Part shown: piece by piece, positions 7,639-11,488 of the stretch | How the letters are laid out: the number at the start of each line of letters is the position of its first letter | How positions within the stretch are numbered: the first letter of the stretch is position 1 | Source of the DNA: Candidatus Eiseniibacteriota bacterium | GTDB lineage: Bacteria; Eisenbacteria; RBG-16-71-46 | DNA length: 11,488 nucleotides | Direction of reading: 5' to 3' | Assembly (NCBI GenBank): GCA_031366795.1 | Contig: JANLOX010000077.1 | Coordinates: forward strand, 1-11,488 | Program-made: the position numbers and the translations under genes | The notes under the pieces: generated by a model | Told to the model about the DNA's origin: nothing | The model's database searches: none | What the model saw: only the letters and a program-made list of their open reading frames with translations

Positions 7639-9150
7639 ATGCGCGCGTGTTCCGTGATCGCCCGGCGCCACAAATGGTTGCCCGCCGCGTTCACCGTCGC
7701 CGCGGTCACGGCGCTGGCGCTGCTCGTCCTGTGGGGCAGGTCAAGCGCCGAGCCGTTGGGCTCCCACTTTGAATTCACGCAGTTCGGCGGCTTCACGTCG
7801 TTCGATCGCGACCGCAACGCCATTTCGTCCTACGACCTCAAGAACGGTTTGTACTTGGGTGGCCGCTTCGGTTGGGAACGCGAGCGGTGGCTGGGCTTCG
7901 AACTCGCGGGCGGCTTCACGCCAACCAAGGAGGTGGCACCCTCGGGGCGGGACCTCGACTTTTTCCACACATCGGGCAACCTGATGCTGCGCCCGCTGCG
8001 CGCCGCGTGGGGATGGCCTTACGCGTTCCTCGGCGCGGGCTACAGCCACATCAAGGTCTCGGGCGGCCCGCCCAAGATTCGCCAGGGCAACGCGGAGATG
8101 GGCGCCGGGCTCCAGTTGTGGCTGAACGACGCCATCGGCGCGCGCATCGAGGCGCGCAACATCATGTGGTTGCCCAAGCACGATCTGGGCAATCCACAAA
8201 GCAGTGACTGGGTGCTGGGCGCGGGGCTGACTTTTGCGCTCGGCGGCCGGCCGCGCGACACCGATGGGGACGGCGTGCCGGATCGCCTCGACCTGTGCGC
8301 GAACACGCCCCCGGGCGCGAAGGTCGACGCCAAGGGTTGCCCGCTCGATTCGGATGGCGACTCGGTCTATGACGGCCTCGACCAGTGCCCGGGCACACCG
8401 AAGGGCGCCGTCGTCGACGCGAAGGGTTGCCCGGTCGATTCCGACGGCGATGGTGTCGCCGACGGCCTCGACCACTGCGCGGGCACCCCGAAGGGCGCGC
8501 GCATCGACAGCGTGGGCTGTCCCATCGACTCCGACGGCGATGGCGTGTTCGACGGGCTCGACCAATGCGCGAACACGCCCAAGGGCGCGCATGTCGACGC
8601 CTCCGGCTGCCCGATCGACTCGGATGGCGACGGCGTGCCCGACGGCATCGACGTCTGCCCGGATACGCCGAAGAACCTGCGCGCCGATTCCACGGGCTGC
8701 CCGATCGAAATCGCCGAGCGAGAAACCGAACTGCTCGACACCGGCATGATCCGTATCGACGACGTGCGGTTCGAGACCGGCAAGGCGGAGTTGCTCGACT
8801 CCTCCAAAGTATCGCTCGACATCGTGGGCAAGGTGCTGGTGAAGTGGCCCGAGCTGCAGATCGAGATCGGCGGCCACACGGATTCGCGCGGCTCGGCGAA
8901 GCGCAACCAGTTGTTGAGCGAGGCGCGGGTCAAGTCCGTGCTCGACTACCTGTTGCATGCGTTCCCCGAGCTCAAGCCCGGGCAGTACGTCATCAAGGGT
9001 TACGGCGCGTCGCGGCCGCTGGTGCCGAACGTCTCGCCCGAGGCGATGGCCCGCAACCGCCGCGTCGAGTTCAAGGTGTTGAACAAGGACGTGCTGCGGC
9101 GCGAGATCGAACGGCGCAAGTTGCTGGAGAAGAGCGGTTCGACCAAGTAA
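7639..9150 (+). CDS. OmpA-family protein: signal peptide, N-terminal beta-barrel, five TSP type-3-like repeats, OmpA_C peptidoglycan-binding domain, 503 aa
   Basis: GGAGG then ATG 7639. Barrel strands end WVLGAGLTFALG, followed by DxDGDGVxD repeats and the OmpA_C motifs VRFETGKAEL, IEIGGHTDSRG..NQLLSEARV and NRRVEF. Confidence 0.95.
   Translation: MRACSVIARRHKWLPAAFTVAAVTALALLVLWGRSSAEPLGSHFEFTQFGGFTSFDRDRNAISSYDLKNGLYLGGRFGWERERWLGFELAGGFTPTKEVAPSGRDLDFFHTSGNLMLRPLRAAWGWPYAFLGAGYSHIKVSGGPPKIRQGNAEMGAGLQLWLNDAIGARIEARNIMWLPKHDLGNPQSSDWVLGAGLTFALGGRPRDTDGDGVPDRLDLCANTPPGAKVDAKGCPLDSDGDSVYDGLDQCPGTPKGAVVDAKGCPVDSDGDGVADGLDHCAGTPKGARIDSVGCPIDSDGDGVFDGLDQCANTPKGAHVDASGCPIDSDGDGVPDGIDVCPDTPKNLRADSTGCPIEIAERETELLDTGMIRIDDVRFETGKAELLDSSKVSLDIVGKVLVKWPELQIEIGGHTDSRGSAKRNQLLSEARVKSVLDYLLHAFPELKPGQYVIKGYGASRPLVPNVSPEAMARNRRVEFKVLNKDVLRREIERRKLLEKSGSTK
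8257..8706 (+). repeat. Five tandem 90-bp (30-aa) coding repeats, thrombospondin type-3-like Ca2+-binding
   Basis: Consensus DSDGDGVxDGLDxCxxTPKGAxVDxxGCPI in five copies, each with two Cys. Confidence 0.95.
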
Positions 9151-9164
9151 CAAAGCACCCACAA

Positions 9165-9202
9165 CGACGGGGCGGCTTCCGGTACCGGGGGCCGCCCCGT
9201 TG
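9165..9202 (+). terminator. Long GC-rich hairpin without a U-tract, downstream of the ompA-family gene
   Basis: ACGGGGCGGCTTCCGGT (9167-9183) / ACCGGGGGCCGCCCCGT (9184-9200) is a palindrome except for two positions that form G-U pairs only in + strand RNA. Confidence 0.6.
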
Positions 9203-9248
9203 CGCTAGGATCGCAGTCTCCCCCCTTTCGCCCCAGGAGATCCCCCCA

Positions 9249-10421
9249 ATGCCTGCGACGAGTTTCGCACCACCCGACATCGAACAGCTGATCGCGACGC
9301 GACGCGACTTCCACGCCCATCCCGAGCTCGCGTTCGAAGAAACGCGCACGGCCGGCATCGTCGCCGAACGGCTCAAGGGACTGGGGCTGACGCCGCGCAC
9401 CGGCATCGGCCGCACGGGCGTGATCGCCACCATCGAAGGCGCGCGCCCGGGCAAGACCGTCCTGCTGCGCGCCGACATGGATGCGCTGCCGATCCTCGAG
9501 GAAAACGAGACGGCGTACCGCTCGCAGAACGCCGGCAAGATGCACGCGTGCGGGCACGACTGCCACACCGCGATCCTGCTCGGCGTGGCGAAGCAGCTGA
9601 AGGCGGCAGCCGCGACGATGCCCGGCCGTGCGCGGCTGGTGTTCCAGCCCGCCGAGGAAGTCGGCGGCGGCGCGCGCTCGATGATCACCGACGGCGCGCT
9701 CGAGGGGCCACGGCCCGATGCGGCATTCGGCCTGCACGTGTGGCAAGACTTGGAGCTCGGCAAGGTCGGCGTCACCTCGGGCCCGATGATGGCAGCGGTC
9801 GATTTGTTCAAGGTCACCGTGACGGGCGTGGGCACTCACGCCGCGATGCCGCAGCTCGGCGTCGATCCCGTCGTCTGCCTCGCGCACATGATCACCGCAC
9901 TCCAATCGATCGCCAGCCGCGAGGCGGATCCGCTGCAGGCCGTCGTCGTCAGCGTGACGCAGCTGAACGCCGGCTCGGCGTTCAACATCATTCCCGCCAG
10001 CGCCACCATGATCGGCACCGTGCGTGTGTTCGATGCCACGCTGTGGGAGCGTCTTCCCGGCCAGTTCGAGCGCATCGTCCAGGGCGTGGCGCAGGCGTTC
10101 CGCTGCACCGCGGCGATCACCTACGAGCGCTGCAATGGCCCCACCATCAACGACCCGAAGATGGCCGCGATCGCGCGCGCCGCGGCGATCGAAGTGGTCG
10201 GCGAGGCCAACGTCACCGATTCCATCCGCACCATGGGCGGCGAGGATTTCTCGGCGTTCCTGCTCGAAGTGCCGGGCTGCTTCATTGCCATCGGCTCGCG
10301 CAACGCATCGCGCGGACTGGTCCACGGCCATCACCATCCGCGCTTCGACGTCGACGAGGATTGCCTCGCCATCGGCGCCGAAGTCCTGCTGCGCACCGCG
10401 CAGAAGTTCCTGGCCACCTGA
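9249..10421 (+). CDS. M20D-family amidohydrolase (N-acyl-amino acid amidohydrolase / carboxypeptidase-like), 390 aa
   Basis: AGGAG at 9235-9239, then ATG 9249. Motifs RRDFHAHPELAFEE, LRADMDALPI, MHACGHD, FQPAEE, FGLH, GTHAAMP, GGEDF and HHHPRF; the metal ligands look intact. No signal peptide. Confidence 0.96.
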   Translation: MPATSFAPPDIEQLIATRRDFHAHPELAFEETRTAGIVAERLKGLGLTPRTGIGRTGVIATIEGARPGKTVLLRADMDALPILEENETAYRSQNAGKMHACGHDCHTAILLGVAKQLKAAAATMPGRARLVFQPAEEVGGGARSMITDGALEGPRPDAAFGLHVWQDLELGKVGVTSGPMMAAVDLFKVTVTGVGTHAAMPQLGVDPVVCLAHMITALQSIASREADPLQAVVVSVTQLNAGSAFNIIPASATMIGTVRVFDATLWERLPGQFERIVQGVAQAFRCTAAITYERCNGPTINDPKMAAIARAAAIEVVGEANVTDSIRTMGGEDFSAFLLEVPGCFIAIGSRNASRGLVHGHHHPRFDVDEDCLAIGAEVLLRTAQKFLAT

Positions 10422-10428
10422 GGCATCC

Positions 10429-11488
10429 ATGAATCGACTGCAGTTCCGGCTGGTGCTGAGCCTTGTATTGTTGACGGGGCTCGCCGCCGCGGCCCATGCG
10501 GAATGGCTCCAACCCGACCCCTCGTATCGCGACGCCCAGCAGGACTTGCGCTACGCCGTGCGCGACACCATCGGGCACCCGAATGATGTCGGCCGGCTCG
10601 ACTCGGTGGGCGTGGCCCTGCTGCGGCTGGCACGCTTCGATGAAGCATCGCGCGTGTTCAACCAGATCGCGGCCATCGATCCAAGCGACGGGGCATCACG
10701 CGCCGGGCGCGGCAAGCTGGCGCTGTTCGCCGACCAACCCGCACTCGCCGAAAGCCTGCTCTCAGGTCTGGAAGCGAACGACCCCTCGGCGGCCTCCGAC
10801 CTGTTCGCCGCGCGTCTGCGCCAGGGCAAGTATGCCGCCGCCGCGGGGATGACGAGCCTCGTCAACCAGGAGGGCCGCCGCGAACTGCTCACTCGCCTGA
10901 GCCAACGGGCGCCGTATGAGATCACCGCCGGTCCCGATCATGCGACGGTTCAATTCGCGCGCAGCTATCCCGTCGTGCTCGTCGCCGTGAAGCTCAACGG
11001 CCAGCGCGTGCTGATGGCCGTCGACACCGGTGCTTCCGACCTGATCCTCGACGACATGGCGTTCCGTCACCTCAAAGTGTCGCCCGTCGCCGGGCAGAGC
11101 GTGGTGTTCTGGAGCGGCTCGCATGTCGCCGTGCGCAACGCGCTGGTGCAGCGGCTCGAGATCGGCGGCTTAAAGCTCGAGAACTGCCCCGCGGGTGTGA
11201 TGAAGCTCGGCCGCTGGAGCCTCGACGTGAACCCGCAGTCGGAGCGCGTCTCCGGCATCATCGGCCTGAACCTGCTGCGCCGCTTCTCAGCGACGCTCGA
11301 CTTCGAGAAGTTGAAGCTCGAGCTGCGCCGCCCGGGTACGGCATGGTCCCCGACGGCGGCCACCGTCACGCGGGTGCCGTTCCAGCTGTGGGGCGAAAAC
11401 GAGCTGACGGTCTACGGCACGATCGGCCAGGGCCGCAAGATGGCGATGGTCGTGCAGACCGGCGTGCCCGGCTGCGGCGTGGGGGCAC
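10429..11488 (+). CDS. Secreted TPR-containing aspartyl protease family protein (tandem clan AA retropepsin-like domains), 3'-truncated by the window
   Basis: Not in the ORF track; translated by hand. GAGG then ATG 10429, open to the window end. Signal peptide MNRLQFRLVLSLVLLTGLAAAAHA; TPR-like GVALLRLARFDEASRVFNQIAAIDP; VKLNGQRVLMAVDTGAS (DTG at 11023-11031); LEIGGLKL; SGIIGLNLLRRFSATLDF; a second domain begins VPF..VYGTIG..MVVQTG. Confidence 0.9.
   Translation, partial: MNRLQFRLVLSLVLLTGLAAAAHAEWLQPDPSYRDAQQDLRYAVRDTIGHPNDVGRLDSVGVALLRLARFDEASRVFNQIAAIDPSDGASRAGRGKLALFADQPALAESLLSGLEANDPSAASDLFAARLRQGKYAAAAGMTSLVNQEGRRELLTRLSQRAPYEITAGPDHATVQFARSYPVVLVAVKLNGQRVLMAVDTGASDLILDDMAFRHLKVSPVAGQSVVFWSGSHVAVRNALVQRLEIGGLKLENCPAGVMKLGRWSLDVNPQSERVSGIIGLNLLRRFSATLDFEKLKLELRRPGTAWSPTAATVTRVPFQLWGENELTVYGTIGQGRKMAMVVQTGVPGCGVGA

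Noticed and set aside
8257..8706. CRISPR or DGR interpretation of the 90-bp repeats
   Set aside because: They are in-frame coding repeats with largely synonymous or conservative variation, no unique spacers, and no reverse transcriptase nearby.
8385..9248. Open -1 frame linking ompA to the amidohydrolase (possible frameshift fusion)
   Set aside because: I see no slippery sequence, the amidohydrolase has its own strong RBS, and stop-free alternative frames are common at this GC content.
7741..10430. Long antisense ORFs (473 aa and 476 aa), and likewise 2909-4324 and 4421-5530 on +
   Set aside because: They mirror well-supported genes, as expected from high-GC codon bias, and show no recognisable motifs.

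Overview
High-GC chromosomal segment from a diderm (outer-membrane) bacterium, made mostly of cell-envelope genes. In order: (1) the 3' end of a divergent amylo-alpha-1,6-glucosidase/glycogen-debranching-like gene (+); (2) a 436-bp, highly structured intergenic region ending in a terminator hairpin; (3) a minus-strand, translationally coupled pair of an AsmA-family protein and an O-antigen-ligase/O-OTase-family protein with a TPR-like tail; (4) a divergent plus-strand run of a KDPG/KDPGal-type aldolase, an unassigned outer-membrane beta-barrel, an OmpA-family protein with five TSP3-like repeats, an M20D amidohydrolase, and a secreted TPR plus double-retropepsin protein. The last gene is missing from the ORF track because it runs off the window. 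I see no mobile element, CRISPR array, tRNA/rRNA or defence system, and I cannot claim a new multi-gene system. The best leads are the aspartic protease whose second catalytic motif is QTG rather than DTG, the unassigned beta-barrel coupled to an orphan aldolase, and a ~180-nt self-complementary intergenic element (candidate ncRNA). All family calls come from motif recognition by eye; no searches or folding programs were run.
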